Source: Octopus sinensis (Eukaryota). Taken from it: a DNA stretch of 64,000 nucleotides. A model generated the notes under the pieces. That model did not search any database. It was given only the letters and a program-made list of their open reading frames with translations, and was not told where the DNA came from. The stretch spans positions 152,520,001 to 152,584,000 of the forward strand of contig NC_042997.1 of NCBI RefSeq assembly GCF_006345805.1, read 5' to 3'. How positions within the stretch are numbered: position 1 is the first letter of the stretch; the number at the start of each line of letters is the position of its first letter. Of the stretch, positions 40,130-53,503 are shown one piece after another. Both the position numbers and the translations under genes were made by a program.

Positions 40130-40727
40130 AAAAATTGTTTCAAGTTTTGGCACGCGTACATCAATTTTAACGGAAAGAGGAATCGATTACATCATCCCAG
40201 TACTTGGCTGGTACTTTATTTTACCGACTCTGAAAAGATGAAAGATAAAGCTGATCTCAGCAGGATTTGAATGCCGAACGTTTAGAATCGAAATAATGCC
40301 ACTAGGCAATTTGTCCGACGTTCTAACGACTCCACCTGCTCGTAGCTTTAATAATGGCTTCAAATTTTGGCACAAGGCAAGCAAATACGATGGAGGGGTC
40401 AAGTTGATTACATCGACACGTGTGTTCAATTGATACTTATTTTATCGACCCCAAAAGGATGAAAAGCAAAGTCGATCTCAACGGAATTTGAACTCAGAAC
40501 GTGTAGATGGACGAAATGCTACTAAACATTTTTGTCAGATGTGCTAACGATTTTGCCAGCTCACCGCCTTTCCGTAGTTTTAATAATCCTTTCTACTATA
40601 GGTACCAGGCCTGAAATTTGGGGAGAGGATCCAGTCGATTAGATCGACTCCAGTACGCAGCTGGTACTAATTTTATAGACCTGAAAGGATAAAAAGAAAA
40701 GTTGACCTCGGCGGAATTTGAACTCAG
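40130..40727 (-). mobile_element. Three consecutive Nin/Deu-domain SINEs
   Basis: Three reverse-complement family cores at about 40130-40345, 40350-40570 and 40590-40727. Confidence 0.8.
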
Positions 40728-40729
40728 GG

Positions 40730-41365
40730 CATCATCTTTGAAAGGGAGGGTGGGGGTGACCAATGTGTTTCTCGCATCGGTCATCATTTACCTCCTAGCC
40801 ATCGCTCCTTGTTCAGATTCGTGGTTGAGCAAGATGGAGAGGCAAATATTTCACTTTTTGTGGAAGGGTTCCATTTCACTTGTAAGACGTTCTATTTGCT
40901 GTCAAAAACCGTTAAAAGGTAGGTTAGGGATGCCTTGGCTGCTAATGCGCAAGCATGCGCTGATATTGAGGCATCTTTGACTCTACCCGGATGGTGAACG
41001 GGTGTGGTCTCCGCTCGCTAAACAGATGTTCCGTAGCTTTACCAGTTTTGGTGGTAGAGAAACCTGGTTTCGTCGCAAATCGAGGTTGAGCATGTAGTAT
41101 ATGGAGTGCAGTAAGGCTTTCCTCCAGTTCTGCAGCTCGGGCAATGCCGGTGGTTTTGGTACCAACGTAGCTTTCTATAGTAGGTTGGTAGAGGCTGGAA
41201 ATGACGATGCCCTGGAAGGGACCATAGATCTCGATAGTAATCAGTTAGACACTCTGTTCCAAAGGACATTCGGGCCGAGGACACTGGATGACTTCCAGAA
41301 ATCCTTGGCCTAGCAATGTTACAGAGGAGCCTTGCCCGTTCGGGATAAGCTCACAAGACATGGTC
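40730..41365 (+). pseudogene. Tx1/L1-clade ORF2 fragment (region C-terminal to RT)
   Basis: SLKGRVGVTNVFLASVIIY..P..RQIFHFLWKG...VRRSICCQKPLKGRLGMP and FQKSLA*QCYRGALPVRDKL match the L1/Tx1 pattern LSLKGR..FLW..GGLG.P..W....ALP. Confidence 0.8.
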
Positions 41366-41492
41366 ACCACTGCTATCTCTAGTGAACAGGTATCTACCAC
41401 CGAGGATTAGTACAAAGAGCTCAAACCGAACGGTCTGCTTGTCCTGTCACTGGAAGGCGGTAGGAGTTTGCTGCTTCCCTGCTTGCAATATA

Positions 41493-42749
41493 CAGGGTAC
41501 GGTGAATATATTCTAGTCTAAATTACGCAAACATGAAATAACATTGACATCTCATTTTAAGAGATATTATATTTAACAAAAACACATAAAAATATCTTGA
41601 AATATTAAAGAGTAAATTTATTCAATAAAATCGTCATTGACGTCAACCATGACTTCCAGACGACTTCGGCATCTCCTGCAACTCTTCTGGACGGTCTCCT
41701 TGTTTAAGTCGGTGAATGCTGCCATAATCCTTGCCTTCAGTTCATCTTTGGTGTTACAAGGAGTTTTGATGGTTCCTCGCTCAACTGCGCCCCCCACACA
41801 ATAATCGAGGGGGCTTACACTCTGGCGAGTCAGGTGGCCAGATGTTAGGAGTAATGTGGTTGCAGAAATTGTCTGACAACCATGACTGAGTTCTCCTGCT
41901 TGTGTGGCATGCTGCAGAATCCTGTTGCAAGACATATGCTCTTTCAGTAGCCACTCTCTTGACCCAGTGAACCACTACCTCTTGAAACATGATATAAGCC
42001 TCCGTGTGGGAAGATGAATGGGGGCATAAGATACGCCATCCCTAGTCATCACACCAAACACCATGATGCTGATTGGATGTTTGATTTTTATCACTGTCGG
42101 TACATGCAGGCGAACGTTTGTTGTGTGTTCACCCTCTGATATTAGCAGAAAATTTCTTGTCAGAGAAAAACGAAAGCATGATCGGTTGGAGGAAATGCTT
42201 AAGTTTGTTCAAAAGCTTCGTAGCGCGGACTTTCCTCTTGTCCTTGATGGCTTGGGATAAAAGTTGGCCCTTTCTCACCTTGTATGAGGCATACCAAATG
42301 TCTTCATACACAACCTGACTGATAACAAACTCAGACCTTCCCATGTCTCTGGTGATGGACCTGATTGACTTGGAGGGAATGTTGTCAATCATAGCCTGGA
42401 TCTCACCAACAAATTCAGTTCTTTTCTTATCATAATGAGTTTTCCGGGCTGCCGTACCTGCGTAATCACTATTAGACTCATCCAACTCTTTCCTAATCCT
42501 CTACACTGTCCTCAGTTTGACACCCAAACACTCTAAACTGATCGTATTGGAATATGGCGCGAATGCCAAGCAGTTCAGCATGTCGTTTACCTATTCCTGG
42601 TAGAGTGAATTGCATCATAGTGTTGTTTTTCTCACAGGTGGTTCCCAACTGACCTAACTATACTGTGTAGTCAACAAAATCAAAAACAAACAGTGCTCAT
42701 GCACAAAATCAAAAATATAAAATGGCGACAATTTACCCATCGCATCCTG
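41493..42749 (-). mobile_element. maT (DD37D) transposon, defective
   Basis: FFSDKKF and QQDSAACH..WPPDSPECKP-LDY with 37 residues between the 2nd and 3rd D (across a frameshift). TA-flanked CAGG termini. Confidence 0.85.
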
Positions 42750-43086
42750 TATATCGAGTACAGATTGCATCGAATAACCGGCTGAAGGAGGCGTCATCCC
42801 GTAGAAAAAATCGTAGTAACTTCAGTTCGCACAGAACAGCCAATATAACAGTGTCGATAAACATTACTTCTCCGTATAGTTACTACTTGCATCTCTTAGA
42901 GAAATTATACATACCATACCGTACCATACCATACCATACCATACCATACCATACCATACCATAACATAACATAATATACCATACCATACCATACCATACC
43001 ATACCATACCATAACATACCATACCTACCTACCTACCTACCTACCTACATACATACATACATACATACATACATACAAACATATAT

Positions 43087-43134
<48 letters not shown>

Positions 43135-43184
43135 CATACATACATACATACATACATACATACATACATACATACATACATACA

Positions 43185-43242
<58 letters not shown>

Positions 43243-43395
43243 ATTTGAGTAATTGAATGAATCATCATATTAAGGATAATTCGAAAGATAACCGATACCT
43301 GGGTAGCAAATTCACATCAGAAAGAACACCGTTGAAGCTACGACCCTAGGGCATAGACTACGTGTCTTCGTGCGGAAATTTGTATGTTTATTTTA

Positions 43396-43494
43396 AAATT
43401 ATAAGTATATGAAAGAATGGAGTTGAACGACTAGTTAACAAAGGATATTTGTTAACTAGTCGTTCAACTCCATTCTTTCATATACTTATAATTT
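43396..43494. repeat. Perfect 47-bp inverted repeat with 5-nt loop
   Basis: 43396-43442 is the exact reverse complement of 43448-43494. Confidence 0.95.
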
Positions 43495-43499
43495 ATATA

Positions 43500-43531
<32 letters not shown>

Positions 43532-43895
43532 TGATAAACTACTTTTACCAACATTATGATAGATTTCAGAGCCTCTAGGAACAGCTGTAGCACTTTTAAT
43601 ACCTTACCTTCTCTCTTTAATTTTCTTTGTTGTATTTTGTACAGTGTAGGTTTGCTCTATTAATATATCAAAATCTCTCTTAAATATTCATCGTTTGAAA
43701 ATCACCAGTCTTTGATTTCTTTCTGTCCACATGTATACATGTATATATACTTTTTGTGTATCAAATATATGCTATTCTATTTAATTTATCAGCACAATTG
43801 CCTCCCCCATCTCACTGTCTCTCCCCCTCTCTCTATATATATGTGTGTGCACGCAAGTGTGTTTGAAGTATGCTCGTGACATGCTAATATTCAGC

Positions 43896-43955
<60 letters not shown>

Positions 43956-44599
43956 CTTGACATGAACATATGCTTTCAGTGTATAACTGTGTATCTTTCT
44001 GTAGAAGCAAATAAATATAAAATGAAAGATATACATGTGTATAATTCTAAAGCTATATGCTGGTGCACGTATGTATTTATATACATATAGTTATTCAGCT
44101 ATAGTTTTACTAGGTATATGAATTGATATGCGCAAATGTAGGATATCTATATCGAGGTGTATATATACATTCATGTACAGGTCCGTCCATTTATGTATGT
44201 ACATGTATTGAAGTATTTTTAGTGCACTGCTGTACTTGTGTCTACAAGCTTCTACTGAGAGTTTAGTTGCAGCTAAACTACTATTTATATGTGTACGTCA
44301 GCGTGGCATCTAGTTTGTGATTGTGTTGTGGTGTATCGCAATTCTTGCTAGTGGCCTACTAATTAGTGTACCTGATTACAGGTTAAACTACCGTTAATAA
44401 TCTTTAATTTTATATCATAGAATTTAATTATAGTTTGAACTCAAATATTTTAGCATGAACTTAGGCTAATATAAAAATATCCAAAAATGTCATCGCTGAT
44501 TATATTCGTAAGACACCATAGAGTTTAGAAGTAAAACGTAAGTATTATATTATCCATAGCTTTCAACTATGAAGCACCTAGCTTGATAGCGACTGGCTG

Positions 44600-45180
44600 C
44601 ATATCGGCTTTTCCCGGAGACTTGGTCTCCAGATCTGTGAGCTTCTTGAATGCAGCTGCGGATCCATTGCCGATTCTTTCAGTCTCTACCCACTGTCAAG
44701 CCGTCATAGTGTTGGCCGCATCCCATGTCATGCCACCCATAAGAAGATCATAAAGCATAGCCTATACACCGCAGAATTCCCGACCCAGCTCAAACCCTAG
44801 GGAATGGTGAAATGCCTGGTGTTATGACAATTTTCCCGGCCTTTGGCGGTAGGCCTCTCATCTGAGATGCCACATGCTGTGACACCTTATCGAGTGGCAT
44901 CTTGGTGTGTTCAGCTACCTGTCCAGGATCCCCTGCTCATCAGGCTAAGAAAAACAAACTGTCAAAGTATCGGTCACTCTCTGACATGTTTATAGTCGAG
45001 CCCGTAACAATGGACACCACCTGCGCTCTCGGCCCCTAGACTATATCCCTGCTCACTGCTATCGAGACGGAGATGGTTATCCGCAAATGCGAGTTCCGTG
45101 AGCCAGAGAGACTATTCCAGCGCATCTCACGTCATCCTTCGAGGCAAAGCCTTTACCATTTTGTGTGCTGAGACATAAGG
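44600..45180 (+). pseudogene. CRE-like non-LTR restriction-like-endonuclease (C-terminal) fossil
   Basis: NGEMPGVMTIFP / GRPLI*DATCCDT / KLSKYRSLS..VEPVTMDT..ALGP / LFQRIS, compared with DGKRPDG.T..PW..G..L.WD.T..DT..K..KY. Confidence 0.65.
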
Positions 45181-45541
45181 CAGTCCGAATTAAGGGAAAT
45201 TGAGAGAATGTAAGAATTTTGTAGCTTTTCATTCAGTGGGTAGGGTGTTCTCTATAAAGCCACAGTTCTCAACTCATTCTTACTGATAGTTCTCCTGGCC
45301 ATAACTACATTAAATATGTTAATAGTAGCTTAACTACTGTTTTTCGTATAATCAGGCTATTTTAATACAATTTGGGTAGGTTGGAAACGACAAAGCAACA
45401 TAAAATCAAGGTAGGAGCGCTTTCGTGTCAAAACATACTATCTTTTCACTTTTCCTCTACCAACTGTTTGGTGTTGCACGATTTCCTAACACTCCAGACA
45501 AACCACACACACACACACACACACATTTATGTCTGGCTGTC

Positions 45542-45573
<32 letters not shown>

Positions 45574-46216
45574 TGTATGTATGTACGTATGTATGTATGT
45601 ATGTATGTATGTATGTATGTATGTATGTATAGCTATATGTGCACACACACAAGAATATGTGCGTGAGTGTGTGAGCTTGCATACATATGTATTTATACTG
45701 ATACAGACAAACATCCCATACACACCTAAACGCACACTTATCTATAGCCACTTATACACACGTACGCATACACACAAGGCCAAACACATATACAGAAACA
45801 CATATGTATATATATATATATATATATGTTTACATACATATATATGAGTGTCTGTATGTATGTACGTATGTATGTATGTATGTAAGTATGTATGCGTGTG
45901 TGTATACACACACACACGCACACACACACACACACACACAGACACACACACACACATATATATATAGCAAATTATTTGTGCGTCACGGGAAGAAAATATA
46001 TTCATGACTTTATTTTCGTTCAGTCTCAGACTGAGAAGCCTTACGAAAGCTCAGCACTTATATCATTGATCTTTGTGTATGCAACAATGGTCAAATGGAA
46101 GTTTCTCAGAAAATATTTCAGAAAATTTGGTTTTCAATCTTAGTACTTTAACTGTTATAGAAGTGTGAAACTCACGCAACAACACACACACATGTATATT
46201 TATCTATTTATAGATT

Positions 46217-46321
<105 letters not shown>

Positions 46322-46707
46322 GATACAATATATACGTATGTATGTATGTATATATATGTATATGTATTTTTTTTATTCTTTTACTTTTCTCAGCCATGCA
46401 GCTCCGGTTATGCTGGAGCACAACCGTGGTCTTTTTGATTTCTTTAGTCTGGGGTATTTCAGATTATCACTCCTGTATGTGCCTTTGTCCCAGCATTTGG
46501 TGTATAAGGGAGTTTGATTCTGCTACCTTCGTCTGCATCGCATGTCAGGCTGTTTGTTCATCCGGTAGTGTGGAGAGGAGGATGTCTAGTTCCTTTTTGA
46601 AGTCATCTACTTCTATCTTATGCAGATTTCTTAAGTTTTGTGGTGGGGCATTGAAGAGCTGTGAGCCTTTGAACCCTAGTCTATCGCAGTACCATGTCCT
46701 GAATTTA

Positions 46708-47977
46708 TCAGGTTGTCCCATAAATTCTGTCCGAATTTTGAATAAAGAAAACAAGTGATCAAATGTTATATTTAATTGAAATTTAATCCTCAATGCACTC
46801 TCCCTGATTATCTAGAACTTCCTTCCATCTATTTACATGCTTTTTAGCCCAATCAATGTAAAACTCTTTTGATTTCAAAGCGAAGAACTCTGAAATATCA
46901 GTTTCGATCTCCCCCTGGCTTGCGAAAGTTATATCCCCCAATGATTCTGTAAACTACGAAACAAATGGTAGTCTGAAGGAGCAAGGTCGGAAGAATAAGG
47001 TGGATGAGGAATTTTTTCCCAACCAAGCTCTTCGATCTTTTGTGATGTGATCTTTGCGGTGTGGGGTCGCGCATTGTCCTGATGAAACATCTCTCCTTTT
47101 CGATTCACTAAAGCGGGTCTTTTTTCGTCAAAGCTTCGTTCAAACGCTCTAATTGCTGACAGTAGACTTGAGCATTAATTGTTGCATTAGGTGGAAAGAA
47201 TTCATAGTGAATTACTCCTTTGCAATACCACCAGATACAGGGAAGAACCTTTTACCCATGAAGTTCCGTTTTTGGTTGTGGTTGAGCTTTTCCCTTTTAC
47301 CACGTTTAACATTTCGATAGAAGATACATTATTTATCACCTGTCACAAATCTATCCAAAAAATGAAATGAGTTCGCGAGAATAGAGAGAAGAGCAGATGT
47401 CAACTCGGGATTTGCGGTTGCTTTCGGACAATTCAAGAGGCACCCATTTTTCAAGTTTAGGAACCTTTTCAAGTTGTTGAAGATGACGATGAACTGTTGT
47501 GTAGTTTGAACTAAGCTTTGTTGTCAATTCTTCAACTGATAATGCAGGAGTTTCTTCAAGTAATGCCTCAAGGAGCATATGATCAAACTCAACTGGACGT
47601 CCTGTTCGATCTTCATCTTCAAGCCTGAAATCTCCACTTCTGAATTTTGCCAAACATCTTCTGCAAGTTCTTTCATTCAAGCATTCTTTCCCATAAACTG
47701 AGTGTGTTTCGAGTCGCTTCGGCTGCAGAGTTTCCTTTTTGTACTCATAAAGCATTATGTGCCTCAAAATGCTCTTTGGATACTTCCATGTTAGAAAGGG
47801 TTTTAATCAAAGAGATTTTAATTCTATTATTCTGTAAAATAATATTTAATTAGTTCAAATGTACGCAAATGCATAAAAATAATTTTAAATTCTGTTAGTC
47901 ATTCTAAAATACTATTAAATTCATATTCAATTTAAAATAAAAAGGTAAAATAGGACAGAACTTATGGGATGACCTGA
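46708..47977 (-). mobile_element. Full-length defective mariner element
   Basis: TA TSD and TIRs TCAGGTTGTCCCATAAATTCTGTCC / GGACAGAACTTATGGGATGACCTGA. Motifs WVPLELSE, HQDNARPH and PYSSDLAPSDYHLF. Confidence 0.92.
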
Positions 47978-48086
47978 TAGATGGAATCGAGGGTACGTTT
48001 GGTACAATATATTGATGGCTAGTTCTGGCATTTGTATAACACTCATGCTGAAATCAGGTTTTAGCCCTTCTAGAGTTTTCCATATA

Positions 48087-48503
48087 CTCTTTTACTCTCT
48101 TTTACTTGTTTCAGTCATTTGACTGCGGCCATGCTAGAGCATCGTCTTTAATCGAGCAACTCGACTCCGGGACATATTCTTTTGTAAGCCCAGTACTTAT
48201 TCTATCGGTCTCTTTCGCCGAAGCGCTAAGTAACGTGGACATAAACACATCAGCATCGGTTGTCAAGCAATGCTAGAGGGACAAACACTGACACACAAAC
48301 ACATCCACGCATGTATATATATATATATACATATATACGACGGGCTTCTTTCAGTTTCCGTCTACAAAATCTACTCACAAGGCTTTGGTCGGCCCGAGGC
48401 TATAGTAGAAGAAACTAGCCCAAGGTGCCACGCAGTGGGACTGAACCCGGAACCATGTGGTTGGTAAACAAGCTACTTACCACACAGCCACTCCTGTGCC
48501 TAT
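48087..48503 (-). mobile_element. tRNA-derived SINE
   Basis: Full-length member of the 11492-12175 family. Confidence 0.9.
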
Positions 48504-49015
48504 GTAGATTATTGCATATCTTTCACACCATAGCTCTAGAAAGTTGCAGTTTTCTCATCCTATCCCCGTAGCTCATCCGCTGCACTGCTTCAATCTTTTT
48601 AGCGAAGTGACATTGGACTGCTTCAAACTCCGCTGTTTGTTTGGCACCACCTTTAGTCGAGCAAATCGATCCCAAGATTATAAGCCTAGTAATAATTCTA
48701 TTGGTCTCTTTCGCCGAACCACTAAGTTACGAGGACTTACACATGCCAACATCGGTTGCCAAGCGATGGTGGGGGGAAAAACCCAGACACACAAACACAC
48801 ACACACACACACTCTAATATATATATATACACGACGATCTTCTTTCAGTTTCCGTCTACCAAATCCACTCACAAGGCTTTGGTCGGCCCGAGGCTATAGT
48901 AGAAAACACTTACTCAAGCTGCCACGCAGTGGGACTGAACCCGGAACCATGTGGTTGGTAAGCAAGCTATTTGCCACATACCCACTCCTGCTCCTATATG
49001 TATATATGTGTATAC

Positions 49016-49047
<32 letters not shown>

Positions 49048-49719
49048 ATAGTATATTTGTATATATATATACATATATATGTGTGTGTGTGTGTGTGTTG
49101 TGTGTGTGTATCCTCGGCACTCTGTCGCCATGTAGACACTTGATTTGCTAAAGACAGTACCTAAATCCATCTACACCACACCTCCATGTCTTAAGAATAG
49201 AAAGGCATTGGTTAGTTGTAACTAGATGTATAAGACAGGTTAGTAGGATGGGAAAAATCGAAATGCCTTTGATTATATCATTGGCAAAACCAATGACAAC
49301 TGAATGTAAAGCAAACGCAAGCAACATTGAAGACGTGCTAATGAATGAACCGCTGCTTGGTCGGTCGGCTAGCAAGAAATAGCAGTCAAATCTTGCTCTC
49401 AGACTATCATCTTCTTGGATAAATTTCTTGGCTAATGCAGTAAAGACGTACGTCTGAAAATAAGAAGAGAAATCGCAGGTGGAATACCAATTACAATTGT
49501 CTGTGCCTCTAGAGATTAAACAACAATTGTAACAATGCCATCAAAAGCACAACAGTAACAACGCTAGTGATCGAGACAATCTGTAATGGTTAATCTACCC
49601 GCTAAAAATAACAGCCAACTCTCTTTTAGATCACTCTAATGAAAGAATATCTTTATGTATATATATATATATATATTATATATATATATATATTATATAT
49701 ATATATATATAATATATAT

Positions 49720-49766
<47 letters not shown>

Positions 49767-49800
49767 AATATATATATATATTATATATGTATGTATATAT

Positions 49801-49843
<43 letters not shown>

Positions 49844-49915
49844 GTATATATATATTATATATATATATATATGTATATGTATGTATATTATATATATATA
49901 TGTATAATATATATA

Positions 49916-49956
<41 letters not shown>

Positions 49957-49997
49957 TATAATTAATCTCTGAGTGAGCTATATACCGTAGCTACACG

Positions 49998-50390
49998 ATA
50001 TCGTGAAGTATATTTGCCACCTAAATGTGGCTAGCCCTTAAGGGTTGATGCTACTGTAGCTTGTAGCTCCAGGAAGACATCTTCAGTTGGCTATTGACAC
50101 ACTATGTATGTCCTATCAGTACTTGTAAAGGGAAGAAATCGTTCCCATCTCCAGCCTGACGTGCTACACACGGACCCGAGTTTCTGGGTATTGACCAGTC
50201 ATCAACTCGGTTCCGTGTGTACCACGTCAGGCTGGAGATAGGAACGTTGACTTCTTTGGCAAATACTGATAGGGCACAGATGGTGTGTCAGTAGCCAGCT
50301 GGAGGAGATGTCTTTCTGGGGCTACAAGTTACAGTAGCATCAACCTTTAAGGGTTAGCCACATTTAGGTGGCAAATATACTTCACGATAT
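49998..50390. mobile_element. Palindromic MITE-like element (about 185-bp arms) in a (TA)n context
   Basis: ATATCGTGAAGTATATTTGCCACCTAAATGTGGCTA.. versus ..TAGCCACATTTAGGTGGCAAATATACTTCACGATAT; the arms pair almost to the centre. Confidence 0.85.
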
Positions 50391-50819
50391 ATATATATAT
50401 ATATATATAACGGGAAGCTTTATGAAAATAGACAAAAGACGAAGGCAGGTTTACGGAAATAAACAAAAGACGAAGGCAGGTGGAATAACAAACAAACAAT
50501 TGTATTAGTATGGCTCTCAGGAATATAAATAAAACAAGTCTTTAACGTTTCGAGCCTACGCTCTTCAACAGAAAGATACACAGAGAGAAACAACAGAAAG
50601 AAGGAGAAAAAAAAAATGCGTGCAGAGGCTAGCGAATCAACATGGCGATCTGATTTCGGCCAGAAGTCAAAGATCAAACGTGAGACGCAAGGGCGAAATT
50701 AGGGGAGATAATAGGGTTAAATGACCTCGCTCCAACATAAGAGTGTGTGTGTGTGTGTATGAGAGAGTATTAGTGCGTATGAGAGGTCTGGACGTGTGTA
50801 TGTATATATGATGTGATGT

Positions 50820-51265
50820 GTAAAGTCGTATGGTGTAGTGTAGAGAGAGGAGATGAGGGAAGAGGGGGGTAAGGGGGAGAGATGAGGGGGAGATAGGGGG
50901 TGAGGTGAGGGGGGAGAAGAAAGGGGGAAGAGGAGGGGGAGAAGGGGAGAAGGAAGGAGAAGAGGAGGGGAGAGGAGGATAGAGGGAGAGGGGGAGAGAG
51001 AGAGAAGGGGAGTGAGGGAGCAGAGAGAAAGAGGGAAGGGGAAGAGGAAGAAGGAGGAAGGGAGAAAGAGGGAAGAAGGAGGGAGGGAGAAAGAGGGAAG
51101 AAGTGAAGAGAGAAAGAGGGAAGAGGGAAGGGGAAGAGGGAAGAAGGAGGGAGGGAGAAAGAGGGAAGAAGGGAAGAGGAGTAGGGGTGAAAGGATGAAG
51201 GACTGAAGAGAAGTAGGGGTCGGGGGGGGGGTGTTAGATGAGGAGGGGGGAGAGGGTTAGATGAG
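50820..51265 (+). repeat. Polypurine (G/A) low-complexity tract
   Basis: Almost exclusively G and A, with GAGGGAAG-type units. Confidence 0.9.
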
Positions 51266-51550
51266 ATGTATATATATGGCAAATGAAAGACGGAAGATGG
51301 AATATACGAGAATTTATATCTATCAGAATTTATAAGCTATTAGATATGAATAATTCGTTTTATATGTATATATGGATAAATTGAGAAATGGACTCAAACG
51401 GAAATGATTTGAATAACACCTGCGTTTGAAAAAAATACACATACACACGCACACACACACGCGAATATATATATATATATACACACACATACGCATATTT
51501 ATATATCAATATAAACATATATATCTATACATGTATACATGTACATTCTA

Positions 51551-52830
51551 CGATGGGTAAATTGTCGCCATTTTATATTTTTAATTTTGCGCATGATCAT
51601 TGTTTAGTTTTGCTTTTGTCGGCTGCACAGTATAGCAGAGTCAGTTAGGCACCGTCTGTGAGAAAAAACAGCACCATTACGCAATTCGCTCTGTCGGAGA
51701 TTTGGAAACGTCATTCTGTACTGCTTGGCATTCGCGCCGGAAGCTCGAATACGAACATTCCTGAGTGTTTGGGTGTCAATTTGAAGACAGTGCAGAGGGT
51801 TCAGAAAGAGCTGGATGTGTCTAATGGTCATTATACAGGTACGCAGCTCGGAAAACTCACTCTGATCGTCCTGAGAAGAAAAGAACTCCTGAATTTGTTG
51901 GTGTGATCGAGGCCTTGATTGACAACGATCCTTCCAAGTCAAGCAGGTCCATCGCCAGGGACATGGGAGTGTCTGAGTTTGTTATCATTCAGGTAGTGCA
52001 TGAAGACATTCAGTATTCTTCATACAAGGTGAGAAAGGGCCAATTTTTTTCCCAAGCCATCAAGGACAAGAGGAAAGACCACACTACAAATCTTTTGAAC
52101 AAACTCAAGCATCCCCTCCAACTGAATATGCTTTCGTTTTTCTCAGACAAGAAACATTTCTGCCAGGATCAGATGCTGAACGCACAGAACAACCGTTGGC
52201 GTCCCGTGTTCCGAAAACATGTATGGAGAGCGATAAAAATCAAGCATCCAGTCAACATCATGGTGTTTGGTTTGCTCACTAGTGATGGTGACGTAATGAC
52301 TCCATTCATCTTCCCATACAGCCTCACACCCAACACGGAGGCCTATATCAAGTGTCTGGAGAAGCTAGTGCGACCCAAGGTCATGAGGGTGGCTGCTGTA
52401 AGACCCTATGTCTAGCAACAGGGTTATTGCACCATGCCACACAAGCAGGATAACCCAGTCATGCCCGTCAGAGAAATTCTGCGACCACATCACCCCTAAC
52501 GTCTGGTCACCTAAGTCGCCAGTCTGTAACCCCAACTCGATTATTAGGCGTGGGGCGCAGTTGAGGGAGCGACCAACAAAACTCCTTGTAACACCAAAGA
52601 TGAACTGAAGGCAAGGATCATGGCAACATTCACCAACTTAAACAAGGAGACCGCCCAGAAGAGTGGCAGAAGATTTCGAAGTCGCCTGGCGATTTTATTG
52701 AATATATCAACTCTTTAGTATTTCAAGATACTTTTATGTCATTTTGTTAAATATACCTCTTAAAATGGGATGAATATTTTATTTTCATTTTTGCGTAATT
52801 TAGACGAAGTTTGACAATTGTGCTGCAACA
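51551..52830 (+). mobile_element. maT (DD37D) transposon, second defective copy
   Basis: Homologous over its length to 41493-42749, in the opposite orientation. Motifs FFSDKKHF, MVFGLL, APCHTS and WSPKSP. Confidence 0.85.
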
Positions 52831-53069
52831 CCAGACGTGTTATAAAACACTGTTTGGAATGTCCTCAACTCATGAAACTAATAGTAGCACATTAAATCAT
52901 ATATTGTGTTTATTGAATAATATTTATCTCAAATCGGATGAACTACGTTTTTTTTATTTTACCATCACGCAACAGTACACTATATACACACATATATACA
53001 TGTGTGTGTGTTGTGTATGTGTGTGTGTGCATGTGTGTGGTGAGTGTGTGTATATATGTTTATATGTAT

Positions 53070-53216
53070 ATGTGTGACTGTTTGGAAAGAATATTGCTTC
53101 CTTACCACATGGTTCCGAGTTCAGTGCCACTGTGGGCAACTGTTTTCTATTATAGCCTTCGGCCGACCAAAGCCTTCCGAGTGGATTTAGTAGTCGAATA
53201 CTGTGAAAGAAGCCGA

Positions 53217-53267
<51 letters not shown>

Positions 53268-53503
53268 CATATATAAGTATGTATGTGTGTATGTATGTAT
53301 CTGTGTTTCTGTTTGTCCACCCAACATTACTTGACAACTGATGTTGATGTGTTTACGTCCCTGTAACATAGCGGTTCGGCAAAAAGAGACGATAGAATAA
53401 GTTCTAGGCATACAAAGAATAATTCCTGGGGTCGATTTGTTCGACTAAACGCGGTGCTCCACCATGGCCGCAGTCATATGACTGAAACAAATAAAAGAAT
53501 ATA
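53070..53503 (+). mobile_element. tRNA-derived SINE (diverged)
   Basis: Matches the 11492-12175 family. Confidence 0.8.

Larger units (their letters stand above)
46440..48580 (-). pseudogene. CR1-like LINE 3' end interrupted by a mariner and a SINE
   Basis: Pieces RYAII / IWKTLEGL / FKGSQLFNAPPQNLRN..FKKELDILLSTLPDE are collinear once the 46708-47977 and 48087-48503 inserts are removed. Confidence 0.7.

Noticed and set aside
50770-51282. 170-aa Pro/Ser/Leu-rich ORF
   Set aside because: Artefact of the polypurine/polypyrimidine tract.
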